Source of the DNA: Propionibacterium ruminifibrarum
GTDB lineage: Bacteria > Actinomycetota > Actinomycetes > Propionibacteriales > Propionibacteriaceae
Reading direction: 5' to 3'
DNA length: 32,000 nt
Assembly (NCBI RefSeq): GCF_900289195.1
Contig: NZ_OMOH01000004.1
Location: 300,001-332,000, forward strand
The translations under genes were made by a program, and so were the position numbers. This document shows positions 6,510 to 16,800 of this stretch, one piece after another (position 1 is the stretch's first letter; the number at the start of each line of letters is the position of its first letter). The notes below the pieces were generated by a model. It saw nothing but the letters and a program-made list of their open reading frames with translations. It did not search any database and was not told where the DNA came from.

Positions 6510-9500
6510 CTACAGCTCACACCAGAGATCTCTGAACCTCTCCACGTAAGCGGTCAGCGCCTCGACGACGCGCGCCTTGCGCTCGTCATGGCTCTGGCCG
6601 GCTGCGGCCTTGCGGAAACGGGAGACTCTTGGGAGCAGCCGAGTGATCGCCGTGCCCTCGGTAGGAACAACTCCACTACGCAGGGCAGCGCCGATGAACT
6701 CCTCGGTTTCTGTCTCGTGGAGGCCTTCGGCGGTAACGATGGCGTCCAACTCTGCGGCCATCCGCGCCGCGATGAATTCCTTCCACTGCTCGTCCACCGT
6801 CCCGTTACTGGAGACGGACCTGACGAAGTCCTCGATGAGGTCCCGCTTGGAGTGGAGCGTGGGACTGGAGGCGATGGCGCGCGTGATCTCCACGGGGATC
6901 TCCCGGTCCTCGCCGTCGCCCCGCTGGGTGCGCTTGTCCTCGACGAGCCGCAGGATGTAGTCGACACCGACCTCTACCTGCTTGATGAGCTCGATCTCGA
7001 AGACGAGGTCCTCGTTGACGACTTCCTTTTCCGCCTCGGAGGCCGCGCGCATCTGGGCGTGGATCTCCAGGTACATGCTGGTGTAGTCGGCGAGGTCGGC
7101 GTCGTTGAGGCCACCCATGTTGTCCTCAGCGAACTCGTCGAAGGAGACGAGGATGTTCCGCAGCCTGAGGATCTGACCAAACAGCGTCACGAACTCCTTC
7201 TGGGCTTCCTCCGAGAGGATCACCTCACCAGGCTGCCACTTGCCGCGCAATAGCGCGACCTTGGCGATGAACTCCTCCAGGTACTCGCGGTAGGAGCGCA
7301 GGAGGATGGTGCCACTGGCGTTCTTGTTGCCGAACAGGGCGATGGCGGCATCTGTCTCGGCCTGAAGATTGCGGAAGCAGACGATGTTTCCGTAACTCTT
7401 GACGGCATTAAGGATGCGGTTGGTGCGAGAGAAGGCCTGAATGAGGCCGTGAGTACGCAGCGGCTTGTCGACCCACAGGGTGTTGAGGGTCTTGGAGTCG
7501 AAACCGGTGAGGAACATGTTGACGACGATGACCAGGTCGATCTGCCGCTTGGTGAGGCGCGCGGAGATGTCCTCGTAGTAGCCCTCGAAGCCTGAGAAGC
7601 TGGTGTCGTAGCTGGTTCCGAACTGCTGGTTGTAGTCGGCGATGGCGGCGTCGAGGAAAGCCCGGTCGTCGGCGGACAGTGCGGTTGGGTCGGTGGATTC
7701 CTCGGCGAGTGAGTCGCCGGGTGCTTCGGCGTTGGCAGCGTAAGAGTAGATGATGCCGACGCTGAGCCGCTGGTCGCTCGGCAGCCCCTGCTGCTGGCGG
7801 GCGAACTCCTGGTAGTAGGCGCGCGCGGCAGGGATGGAGGCGGTAGCGAGCAGTGAGTTGAAGCCGGCCAGGCGTTGTTGTCCGAGCGTGTAGGTCCGGT
7901 TGCGCCGGGTCTTCTGGTTGAAGTGCTCACGAATGTAGGTGACTACCTGCGCGATCCTCCCCGGGGCGAGGAGCGCCCGCTCGGTGTCGATGGCACTGAC
8001 TTCCGCGTCGACGACGTCGTCGCGGCTGTGCACGGTGTCGATGTAGTCGATGCGGAACGGCAGGACGTTCTTGTCGCCGATGGCGTCGACGATCGTGTAG
8101 GAGTGGAGCTGGTCGCCGAATGCCTGGGCGGTGGTGCGCAGTTGCACGTTGCCGCTGGAGCCGGCGTTCTCGGCGAAGATGGGTGTGCCGGTGAAACCGA
8201 AGAGGTGGTAGTTGCGGAAGGCCTTGGTGATGGCGGTGTGCATGTCGCCGAACTGGCTGCGGTGACATTCGTCGAAGATGAGTACGACGTGTCCCGTGTA
8301 GACGGCGTGCTTACGGTTGCGACCAACGAAAGTGGACAGCTTCTGGATCGTGGTGACGATGATCTTGACCGTGGGGTCGTTGATCTGGGCTGTCAGCTGG
8401 GTGGTGGACTGGTTGGCGGAGACGGTGCCCTCGGCGAAGCGGTTGTATTCCTTGATGGTCTGGTGGTCGAGGTCTTTGCGGTCGACGACGAAGATGACCT
8501 TGTCGATCTCCTCCATTCCGGCGGCGAGCTTGGCGGTCTTGAAGGAGGTGAGGGTCTTGCCGCTGCCGGTGGTGTGCCAGATGTATCCGCCGGCGGCGAG
8601 GGTGCCTGTTTGACGGGCGTTGGTGGAGGTGTTGATGCGCTGGAGGATCGCCTCGGTGGCGGCGATCTGGTAGGGCCGCATGACCAGGAGTTTGCGGTCG
8701 GCGAGGGTGTCGGCGACGGTGAAGACGCAGTAGCGGGTCAGGACGGCGAGCAGTGTGTGCTTGGACAGGAAGGTGCGGGTGAAGTCGACGAGGTCGGTGA
8801 TGCGCTGGTTGGTGGCGTCGGTCCACCAGGAGGTGAACTCGTATGCGTCCGATGTCGCGGCCTTCACCTGCCGCTGGGTGCCTCGGTTCTCGGTGACGTG
8901 GTCCTGGCGGGTGGTGTTGGCGTAGTACTTGGTGTAGGTGCCGTTGGAGATGATGAAGATCTGGACGTAGCCGAACAGGCCAGCTCCGGACCAGAAGGAG
9001 TCGCGCTGGTAGCGGTTGATCTGGTTGAAGGCCTCGCGGATGTCGACGCCGCGCCGTTTGAGCTCGACGTGGACGAGTGGGAGCCCGTTGACCAGGATGG
9101 TGACGTCGTAGCGGTTGGAGCGCGCAGCGTTGGTGGCGACGTACTGGTTGGTGACCTGCAGCCGGTTGTTGTGGATGTGCTGCTTGTCGATGAGGCGGAT
9201 GTTCTTGGACTCGCCGTTGTCCCGGGTGAGGACCTGGACGTGGTCCTCCTGGATGCGTTGGGTCTTCTCTACGACGTCGAGCGCGCCTCCGGTGGTGAGG
9301 ATGGAGTGCTCGAAGAAGCGCTTCCACTCGGCGTCGGTGAAGCGGTAGTCGTTGAGCATCTCTAGCTGGGTGCGAAGGTTCGCGATGAGTTCGGCTTCGG
9401 CGTTGTCGGGGCTGAACTGGATGTACTCGTAGGCCTGGTCCTGGAGCTGGGCGATGAAGGCGCGTTCGAGGTCCGCCTCGGACTGATAGGTTTTGCTGGT

Positions 9501-9593
9501 GCGTTCGCTCGGCTCGTAGGCGCCAACGACGGTGGACTCGTCGGTCAGGATGACGGGCTCAATGCGCACAGCACGGGCTTCGCGGATGGTCAT
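6510..9593 (-). CDS. hsdR: Type I restriction enzyme R subunit, EcoR124 (type IC)-like
   Basis: 1027 aa. Nuclease core YDVTILVNGLPLVHVELKRRG. Helicase motifs LLVMRPYQIAATE, GGYIWHTTGSGKTLTSFK, VLIFDECHRSQFG, FGFTGTPIF and IVVNMFLTGFDSKTLNTLWVDK...QAFSRTNR. From memory these are near-collinear with EcoR124I HsdR. The ATG overlaps the hsdS stop as ATGA. Confidence 0.95.
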   Translation of the reverse strand: MTIREARAVRIEPVILTDESTVVGAYEPSERTSKTYQSEADLERAFIAQLQDQAYEYIQFSPDNAEAELIANLRTQLEMLNDYRFTDAEWKRFFEHSILTTGGALDVVEKTQRIQEDHVQVLTRDNGESKNIRLIDKQHIHNNRLQVTNQYVATNAARSNRYDVTILVNGLPLVHVELKRRGVDIREAFNQINRYQRDSFWSGAGLFGYVQIFIISNGTYTKYYANTTRQDHVTENRGTQRQVKAATSDAYEFTSWWTDATNQRITDLVDFTRTFLSKHTLLAVLTRYCVFTVADTLADRKLLVMRPYQIAATEAILQRINTSTNARQTGTLAAGGYIWHTTGSGKTLTSFKTAKLAAGMEEIDKVIFVVDRKDLDHQTIKEYNRFAEGTVSANQSTTQLTAQINDPTVKIIVTTIQKLSTFVGRNRKHAVYTGHVVLIFDECHRSQFGDMHTAITKAFRNYHLFGFTGTPIFAENAGSSGNVQLRTTAQAFGDQLHSYTIVDAIGDKNVLPFRIDYIDTVHSRDDVVDAEVSAIDTERALLAPGRIAQVVTYIREHFNQKTRRNRTYTLGQQRLAGFNSLLATASIPAARAYYQEFARQQQGLPSDQRLSVGIIYSYAANAEAPGDSLAEESTDPTALSADDRAFLDAAIADYNQQFGTSYDTSFSGFEGYYEDISARLTKRQIDLVIVVNMFLTGFDSKTLNTLWVDKPLRTHGLIQAFSRTNRILNAVKSYGNIVCFRNLQAETDAAIALFGNKNASGTILLRSYREYLEEFIAKVALLRGKWQPGEVILSEEAQKEFVTLFGQILRLRNILVSFDEFAEDNMGGLNDADLADYTSMYLEIHAQMRAASEAEKEVVNEDLVFEIELIKQVEVGVDYILRLVEDKRTQRGDGEDREIPVEITRAIASSPTLHSKRDLIEDFVRSVSSNGTVDEQWKEFIAARMAAELDAIVTAEGLHETETEEFIGAALRSGVVPTEGTAITRLLPRVSRFRKAAAGQSHDERKARVVEALTAYVERFRDLWCEL

Positions 9594-10756
9594 GCTGACG
9601 CACCCTTCTCCGGGAAGGTCAGGAGCCTGTCCCGGTAGTACTCGTACTGCTTGCGCCGCGCCGCGATCTCCGCGGGCAGGCCGGAGTTCAGGTCGTTGAC
9701 GAGGGCGTCGAACTTGTCGAGGATGTCCGCGATGCGTCGCTGTTCTTCCAACGGCGGAACAGCGACCATCGTCGCCCCGACAATTTTGGAGTTTAGGTTA
9801 CTTACCGTCCCACTACCAACGCGCCGCGAAAAATCCGCCTGAATCGGCGCAGATCGCAATAAATGATACAGATAGTCGACATTAAAAGCATCTTGATAAT
9901 CAGACAGGACGAGCCAGCCATCATGAACACAACCCTCAATCGCAGAAATGTATGGACGTCCATAACTCATAGAGTTCGACAATATGAAGTCATCGGGATA
10001 AACTCGGCGCGACTTAGCTGCACCAGCCTCCGTAATATACTGACGCGTACCCGTAACGAACTTATCCAACGGAGACACATCACCGATCTTTATCCAGGGA
10101 ACACCGGAGCTATCCGCAAAGTACCGACGAATCGGCCGCGGGGAAGCTCCTCGAACAATCGAGAGTACGTCACCCAAGCGAACACTACGAGCATCTGGAA
10201 GTGACACGGTAAGGTGATCGCGATAATACGCGTATTGCGTCTTTCGCGCCTCCAGTTCCGCCTCCAGTTCCGCCTCCAGCTGGGTGAACTGGTCCAATAT
10301 TCTCACAATTTCACGCTGTACCGCAAGCGGAGGAATCTGTACGACCATGCGAGCCAAGTCCTTGCCATAGACATTCGGAACCCCAGCAACCGAAGCCATT
10401 GCGTTGATCTCACGCTGCCGACGCCTAAGGACATGGAACAGGAACTTCGGAACAATACCCGAAGACTCATTAGGGTCCACAGAAAAAGCATTTGACACAT
10501 AAATGGGTTCATTCCAGAAAGAAACAAATCCGGCATACGCACCAGAAGACGCGACAACAATAGTCTCACCGCGACGATTACTCTCGTCATGCCAAGCGCT
10601 CACATTCTGCGAACTGGTAACAACAGGTATTGTTCCTTCGTGTAACTCTGAAGCCTTTATCCATCGGCCACGGTTGAAAGTGCACAGGTCTCCCAGAGGA
10701 ACTCCCATAACGCCGTCGGGGCACAGTTCCTTGACCAGGTCGTCGATGCGGCTCAC
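9590..10756 (-). CDS. hsdS: Type I restriction-modification specificity subunit
   Basis: Two variable target-recognition regions are separated by the conserved central helix LAVQREIVRILDQFTQLEAELEAELEARKTQYAYYRDHL and the distal helix LEEQRRIADILDKFDALVNDLNSGLPAEIAARRKQYEYYRDRLLTF. The GTG start overlaps the hsdM stop (GTGA). Confidence 0.9.
   Translation of the reverse strand: MSRIDDLVKELCPDGVMGVPLGDLCTFNRGRWIKASELHEGTIPVVTSSQNVSAWHDESNRRGETIVVASSGAYAGFVSFWNEPIYVSNAFSVDPNESSGIVPKFLFHVLRRRQREINAMASVAGVPNVYGKDLARMVVQIPPLAVQREIVRILDQFTQLEAELEAELEARKTQYAYYRDHLTVSLPDARSVRLGDVLSIVRGASPRPIRRYFADSSGVPWIKIGDVSPLDKFVTGTRQYITEAGAAKSRRVYPDDFILSNSMSYGRPYISAIEGCVHDGWLVLSDYQDAFNVDYLYHLLRSAPIQADFSRRVGSGTVSNLNSKIVGATMVAVPPLEEQRRIADILDKFDALVNDLNSGLPAEIAARRKQYEYYRDRLLTFPEKGASA
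10248..10283 (-). repeat. 12-bp tandem repeat x3 in the hsdS central conserved region (encodes LEAE-LEAE-LEAR)
   Basis: On the plus strand, gcctccagttcc occurs at 10248-10259 and again at 10260-10271 (identical). A third copy, gcctccagctgg, lies at 10272-10283 (9/12 identical). Confidence 0.9.
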
Positions 10757-12312
10757 TTGGCGCCCCCTTCCAGGTCGGCGACGATCGCGTCGATGCTGGC
10801 GCGCAGCTCGGCCTGGCGCGCCACGATGCGCGCAATCTCGGCGTTCAGCGCCACGATGTCGACCTCCTCGCGGGTGTCCTCCGCCTCCACATAAGCCGAC
10901 ACCGAGAGGTTGTAGCCGTTCTCGGCAAGCTGCTCGGCGCCTACCACAGCGGAGCGGTGCGCTATCACCTCACGCTTGGACACGGCGTCGACAATGAAGT
11001 CGCGGTGCTCGGCGGCGAGATGGTTCTTGTTGCCGGTGCGGACGAACTGGTCGGAGGCGTCGAGGAAGAAGACGTCGTTGGTGGTCTTCGACTTCTTGAG
11101 CACGATGATGCAGGTGCCGATCGTCGTGCCGAAGAACAGGTCGGGCGGCAGCTGGATGACCGCCTCAACGTAGTTGTTCTCGATCAGGTACTTGCGGATC
11201 TTCTGCTCCTCCCTGTCCCGGTACAGGACGCCCGGGAACTCGACGATCGCCGCTGTGCCTTTGACGTCCAGCCAGGACAGCATGTGCATGGTGAACGCCA
11301 GGTCGGCCTTCGACTTCGGAGCCAGGACGCCCGCGGGCGCGAAGCGGGGATCGTTTATCAAGGCCGGATCGTCCTTGCCGATCCAATGGGTTGAGTACGG
11401 CGGATTGGAGACGATCGCCTCGAAGGGCTCGTCATCCCAGTGCGCCGGATGCCGCAGCGTGTCACCGTGCGCGATGTTGAAGTCTGCGAAGTTGATGTCG
11501 TGGAGGAACATGTTGATGCGGCACAGGTTGTAGGTGGTCAGGTTGATCTCCTGGCCGAAGAACCCGCCACGCACGTTCTCCTTGCCGAGCACCTTGGCGA
11601 ACTGGAGCAGCAGCGAACCCGAGCCACAGGCCGGGTCGTAGACCCGGTTGACGTTCGTCTTGCCGGCCACGGCGATGCGCGCGAGGACCTCGCTGACCTC
11701 CTGCGGGGTGAAGAACTCGCCACCGCTCTTGCCCGCCGAGGAGGCATACATGGTCATCAAGTACTCGTAGGCGTCCCCGAAGGTGTCGATGGTCGAATCG
11801 CCGTAGGACAGGTCGAGGTCCCCGACGGCATTGATGATCCGCACCAGCTTCTCGTTGCGCTGCGCGACCGTGGAGCCGAGCTTGTTGGAGTTGACGTCGA
11901 CGTCGTCGAACAGTCCGCGCAGGTCCGACTCGGCTCCGGTACCGAAGGCCGAGAGCTCGATGTTCTTGAAGATCCTGGACAGCGTCTCGTTCAGGTTCTC
12001 ATCGTGCGGCGCCCGCTCACGCACGTTGCCGAACAGCTCCGAAGGGGCGATGAAGAAGCCCTTCTCGTTGATGATGCCGTCGCGCGCCTCCCAGGCAACG
12101 GTGTCGCCCAGTTCCGCGTAATCGAAGTCATGGTCACCGGCGGCTCGCTCGTCGGCGTTGATGTACTCGGTGAGATTCTCCGAGATGAACCGATAGAAGA
12201 GGAAGCCCAGCACGTAGGCCTTGAAGTCCCAGCCGTCCACGCTCCCGCGCAACTCGTTGGCGACCTTCCAGATCGTCCGGTGGAGCTCGTCGCGCTCGGT
12301 CTCTTTGGTCAC
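10753..12312 (-). CDS. hsdM: Type I restriction-modification N6-adenine DNA methyltransferase subunit
   Basis: N-terminal HsdM domain LHRTIWKVANELRGSVDGWDFKAYVLGFLFYRFISE. SAM motif VYDPACGSGSLLL. Catalytic motif IVSNPPYS. GTG 12312 is preceded by GAGACGAGGAA. The upstream 51 codons of track ORF 10753..12465 are Cys/Gly-rich junk. Confidence 0.93.
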   Translation of the reverse strand: MTKETERDELHRTIWKVANELRGSVDGWDFKAYVLGFLFYRFISENLTEYINADERAAGDHDFDYAELGDTVAWEARDGIINEKGFFIAPSELFGNVRERAPHDENLNETLSRIFKNIELSAFGTGAESDLRGLFDDVDVNSNKLGSTVAQRNEKLVRIINAVGDLDLSYGDSTIDTFGDAYEYLMTMYASSAGKSGGEFFTPQEVSEVLARIAVAGKTNVNRVYDPACGSGSLLLQFAKVLGKENVRGGFFGQEINLTTYNLCRINMFLHDINFADFNIAHGDTLRHPAHWDDEPFEAIVSNPPYSTHWIGKDDPALINDPRFAPAGVLAPKSKADLAFTMHMLSWLDVKGTAAIVEFPGVLYRDREEQKIRKYLIENNYVEAVIQLPPDLFFGTTIGTCIIVLKKSKTTNDVFFLDASDQFVRTGNKNHLAAEHRDFIVDAVSKREVIAHRSAVVGAEQLAENGYNLSVSAYVEAEDTREEVDIVALNAEIARIVARQAELRASIDAIVADLEGGAK

Positions 12313-12778
12313 AGGTTCCTCGTCTCTTCGTTGGTGCGGCGCCGGAGTCGGGCACCACAGGACAGTGTCGCACCCCACCCCCGACACGAACACGAGGCAC
12401 CCCAGCAGGTGGCCAAACTGTGTTCTGCACCGGCCAGTCACCTCGGGGCTCAGGGATCCAGCCACGCAGGTCGCGGAGGGTTACCCGTATACGGCTCGCG
12501 AACTCCGGCGCGCGCATTGTCCTCCCCCGCATCAGCGGGGACAACGCCACAAGAGACCTCACACTATGATTCATCCCCTGGACACCAGGGAACGGACGTG
12601 ACGACGTCCAGCCTAGTCAAGCGGTACTCTTGAGTCATATCGCGCGGCCCCCTCTGCGCGGAAGACTCATGGTGTCGGGGGCATGTTCAGAGCGTCAGAA
12701 GGTGCCTGTCAAGAGTGCTGACGACCGTGATATGACCTCGAACAACAGCGGCAAGCGGCCTCAAGACGGAGCAAGGGC

Positions 12779-13876
12779 TCACAGGCCGTGGCGCCGCCTG
12801 GCCTGCTCCAGCACCGCGAGGTAGCCGGAGCGCTCGTACTCGTCGACCCGGGTGTCAGCGGGCACGGCGAGCATCCCCCGCAGCCGGCCCAGCGTGAGCT
12901 GGTTGCGGATGAGGTAGTGCCGCAGCCCGTTGACGAGTTCGCCGGCGTAGCTGGCTCCGTGCCGGACCAGCGCCGAAGTGGTCATCACGACGTCGGCGCC
13001 GGCGAGCAGGGCCTTGACCACGTCATCGGGGCCCGCCACGCCGCTTGCCGCGGCCAGTGAGGCCCTGACCTTGCCGTGCAGCGCCGCCAGCCAGGTGCGG
13101 GACAACAGCCCCTCGTCCTGGCCGGACAATCCGGCCCCGGCGACGACCTCCTTGCGGCGGATGTCGATGTCGGGCTGCAGGAAACGGTTGAACAGCACGA
13201 GCGCGTCGGCGCCGGCCTCGTCCAGCCGCAGCGCCATCTGCCCGAGGCTGGAGAAGTACGGCGAGAGCTTGACCGCGACCGGCACGGACACGACGTCCTT
13301 GACCGACTGGAGGATCTCCAGGTGGCGGTCCTCGACCTCGGCGCCGCTCATCGACAGGTCGCCGGGCACGGCGTAGATGTTCACCTCGATGGCCGACGCG
13401 CCGGCGTCCTGCATGCGGCGGGCGGTCGCCGTCCACTCGCCGCCCCGGAACCCGTTGAGACTCGCGATGAGCGGCACGGACAGTTCCCCGGCACCGGCCT
13501 CGAGCAGCCGCAGGTACGCGTCCGTCGCGGCCGGCTCATCGCTCTGGGACGCCGGAGGGGCCTCCGGCGATCCGGCCTCCTCGCGACGCACCTGCTCCTC
13601 GAACAGCGAGAACATGACGATCGCGCCGACCCCGGACTCCTCCAGCTCCTTCATGGAGTCGAGCGACTGCGACAGCGGACCCGCCGACGCCACCAGCGGC
13701 GACGGCAGGCGGAGCCCCATGTACTCCGTCGCGAGCTCACCGCCGGCCGGCGTGTCGACCTGGGCGCCCGCCTGCTCGACGGGCATGAGCAGATCAGTCG
13801 CGCCACTGCCCGCCGCCGACTTCGCGGCGGCGGACTCGGCGGCGGCCCTCAGGGCCTCGTTGAACTCGACGGCCAT
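12779..13876 (-). CDS. Dihydroorotate dehydrogenase-like (PyrD/PreA-like) FMN TIM-barrel protein, probably not a true DHOD
   Basis: LRLPSPLVASAGPLS...SVPLIASLNG...ASAIEVNIYAVPG...VPVAVKLSPYF...ADALVLFNRF...ASGVAGPDDVVKALLAGADVVMTTSAL follows the class-1 DHOD barrel pattern. The ATG at 13876 is 1 nt from the nifJ stop. The protein contains no cysteine. Confidence 0.8.
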   Translation of the reverse strand: MAVEFNEALRAAAESAAAKSAAGSGATDLLMPVEQAGAQVDTPAGGELATEYMGLRLPSPLVASAGPLSQSLDSMKELEESGVGAIVMFSLFEEQVRREEAGSPEAPPASQSDEPAATDAYLRLLEAGAGELSVPLIASLNGFRGGEWTATARRMQDAGASAIEVNIYAVPGDLSMSGAEVEDRHLEILQSVKDVVSVPVAVKLSPYFSSLGQMALRLDEAGADALVLFNRFLQPDIDIRRKEVVAGAGLSGQDEGLLSRTWLAALHGKVRASLAAASGVAGPDDVVKALLAGADVVMTTSALVRHGASYAGELVNGLRHYLIRNQLTLGRLRGMLAVPADTRVDEYERSGYLAVLEQARRRHGL

Positions 13877-13877
13877 G

Positions 13878-16800
13878 TCAGTCGGCCCTCCGGGCCACGG
13901 AGGCGAACATCTCGGCCGGCCGCGAGGCCATCTCCTCGTAGTCGGCCCAGCGACGATTCACCTGCTCCTGGGCGATGTCGGTGAGGCGCCTGGCCTCGTC
14001 CGGGTCCGAGGTCATGAGCATCTTGTACCTCAGCTCGCCCTTGCGGTACTCCTCCAGCGGGATGCGCGGGCGGGCGGAGTCCAGCAGGAACGGGTTGCCC
14101 CCGGCGTTGCGCGTCTCGGGGTTGTAACGGAACAGCGGCCAGTGGCCGGAGGCCACCGCCTTGTACTGCTGTTCAAGGCCGAGCCGCATCGGGAAGCCGT
14201 GCGAAATGCAGTGGCTGTAGGCGATGATCAGGCTCGGGCCGTGGTAGGCCTCGGCCTCCCTGAAGGCCTTCAGCGTCTGCTCCGGGTCGGCACCCATGGC
14301 CACACGGGCCACGTAGACGTCGCCGTACGAGACGGCCTGCATGGCCATGTCCTTCTTGTTCGTCACCTTGCCCGCCGTGGCGAACTTCGCCACCGAGCCC
14401 ATCGGCGTCGACTTGGACGCCTGGCCGCCGGTGTTCGAGTACACCTCGGTGTCGAGCACGAGCACGTTGATGTCACGGCCCGAGGCGAGCACGTGGTCGA
14501 CACCGCCCGAACCGATGTCGTAGGCCCAGCCGTCGCCGCCGACGATCCACACCGAGCGGCGCAGCAGATTGTCGGCGACCGACCGCAGGTCCTCGACACG
14601 GAGGCGGGTGGTCTCGTCGAGCGCCGGGTCGGCCGCCATGCCGGCGAGCCTCTCCTTGAGGGTCTCGACGCGCCGGGCCTGGGCGCGCAGCTCGGACTCG
14701 AAGGACTGCTCGGCGCCCAGCAGCGCGTCGACGAGTTCGTCGTCGGCGATCAGCGGGCGCAGTTCGGCGAGGCGCTGGCAGGCCAGTTCGTGGTGCAGGT
14801 CGGCGGCCATGCGCATGCCCAGACCGAACTCGGCGTTGTCCTCGAACAGGGAGTTGCTCCAGCTCGGGCCGCGTCCCTCGGCGTTCTTCGCCCACGGGGT
14901 GGTCGGCAGGTTGCCGCCGTAGATCGACGAGCAGCCGGTGGCGTTGGCCACCTGGGCGCGGTCGCCGAACAGCTGGGTGAGCAGCTTGAGGTACGGCGTC
15001 TCACCGCAGCCCGGGCAGGCGCCGGAGAACTCGAACAGCGGTTCGAGGAACTGGGTGCCGCGCACCGAGCCGAAGTTCACCCGGGTGCGCTGCGGGTTCG
15101 GGATCTTCTGGAAGAACTCGACGTTGGCGCGCTCGTTCGTGCGGTCGAGCACGGACTCCAGGTTGATGGCCTTGCGCTGGGGCTGGCCGATCGGGCGCAC
15201 CGGGCAGGCCTCGACGCACAGGCCACAGCCCGTGCAGTCCTCGGCGAAGACCTGCAGCGTGTACCGGGTATCGGGCAGGCCGGCGGCGTCCAGGGGCATG
15301 GACTGGAAGCCGGCCGGTGCGGAGTTGAGCACGCCCGGTTCGTAGTACTTGGCGCGCAGCACGCCGTGCGGGCAGACGAACGAGCAGTTGCCGCACTGGA
15401 TGCAGTTCTCCTCGTCCCAGACCGCGATGATCTCCGAGACGTTGCGCTTCTCGAAGCGGGTGGTGCCCGAGGGGTAGGAGCCGTCGGCCGGCACCTTGGA
15501 GACCGGCAGGGTCTCGCCGCGCTCGGTCATCATGGCGGCCGTGACGTCCTTGACGAAGTCAGGCGCGTTGTCCGGCACCGGCGGCAGGTAACCGGTCGTA
15601 CTCGTCACCTGGCCGGGCACCTCGATCCGGTGCAGGTGCTCCAGCGCAGCGTCGACGGCGGCGTGGTTCTTGTTCACGATGTCCATCGACTTCTTGGCGT
15701 AGGTCGCGGTGATCGAGTCCTTGATGGCCCTGATCGCATGCTCGGCCTCGAGCACGCCCGAGATCGCGAAGTAACAGGTCTGCAGCACCGTGTTCGTACG
15801 GTTACCCAGGCCAGCCTGTCGGGCGACGGCGCCGGCGTCGATCGCGTACACCTGGAGTTCGAGGTCGATGATCTTCTGCTGCATCGGGGCGGGCAGCAGG
15901 TCCCAGACCTCCTCGGCCGGGTAGGGCGAGTTGATGAGCACGGTCGTGCCCTTGCGGGCGAAGACGAGGACGTCGATGCGCTCCAGATCCGCCCAGTGGT
16001 GGACGCCGATGAACCCGGCCTGGGTGACCAGGTAGGGGGCCTTGATCGGGTCGGGCCCGAAGCGCAGGTGGCTGGTGGTGCGCCCGCCGGACTTCTTCGA
16101 GTCGTAGACGAAGTAGCCCTGGGCGTAGATGCCCGGCTCGTGGCCGAGGATCTTGATGGTGTTCTTGTTGGCGCCGACGGTGCCGTCCGAGCCGATGCCG
16201 TAGAAGACGGCGCGCTGGGTCCGCGGGTCCTCCAGGTCGACGGTGTCGTCCCACGGGATCGACAGGTTCGTCACGTCGTCGGTGATGCCGATGGTGAAGC
16301 GGCGCTTGGGCTTGTCCTTGGCCAACTCCTCGAAGACGGCGGCGCACATGCCCGGCGTGAACTCCTTGCTCGACAGGCCGTAGCGGCCGCCGGTGACAAG
16401 AGGCAGCCAGGGGCGCTCGCCGGCCGCGTAGGCCTCGGCCAGCGTGGTGGCCACGTCGAGGAACAGCGGCTCACCGTTGGAACCGGGTTCCTTGGTGCGG
16501 TCGAGTACGGCGACCCGGCGCACCGTGGCGGGCAGGGCGTCGAGCAGCTGGGCGGCCGGGAACGGGCGGTACAGGCGTACGACGAGCAGGCCGACCTTGG
16601 CGCCCTGCTCGTTGAGCCTGCTAACGGTCTGCTGGACGGTCTCGGCCCCCGATCCCATGATGACGATGACGCGTTCGGCGTCGGGCGCACCGTAGTAGTC
16701 GACCAGGTGGTACTGGCGGCCGGTCAGCGCCGCGAAGTCGTCCATGGCCTCCTGAAGGATGGTGGGGACGGCGTTGTAGTACTTGTTGGCGGCCTCGCGC

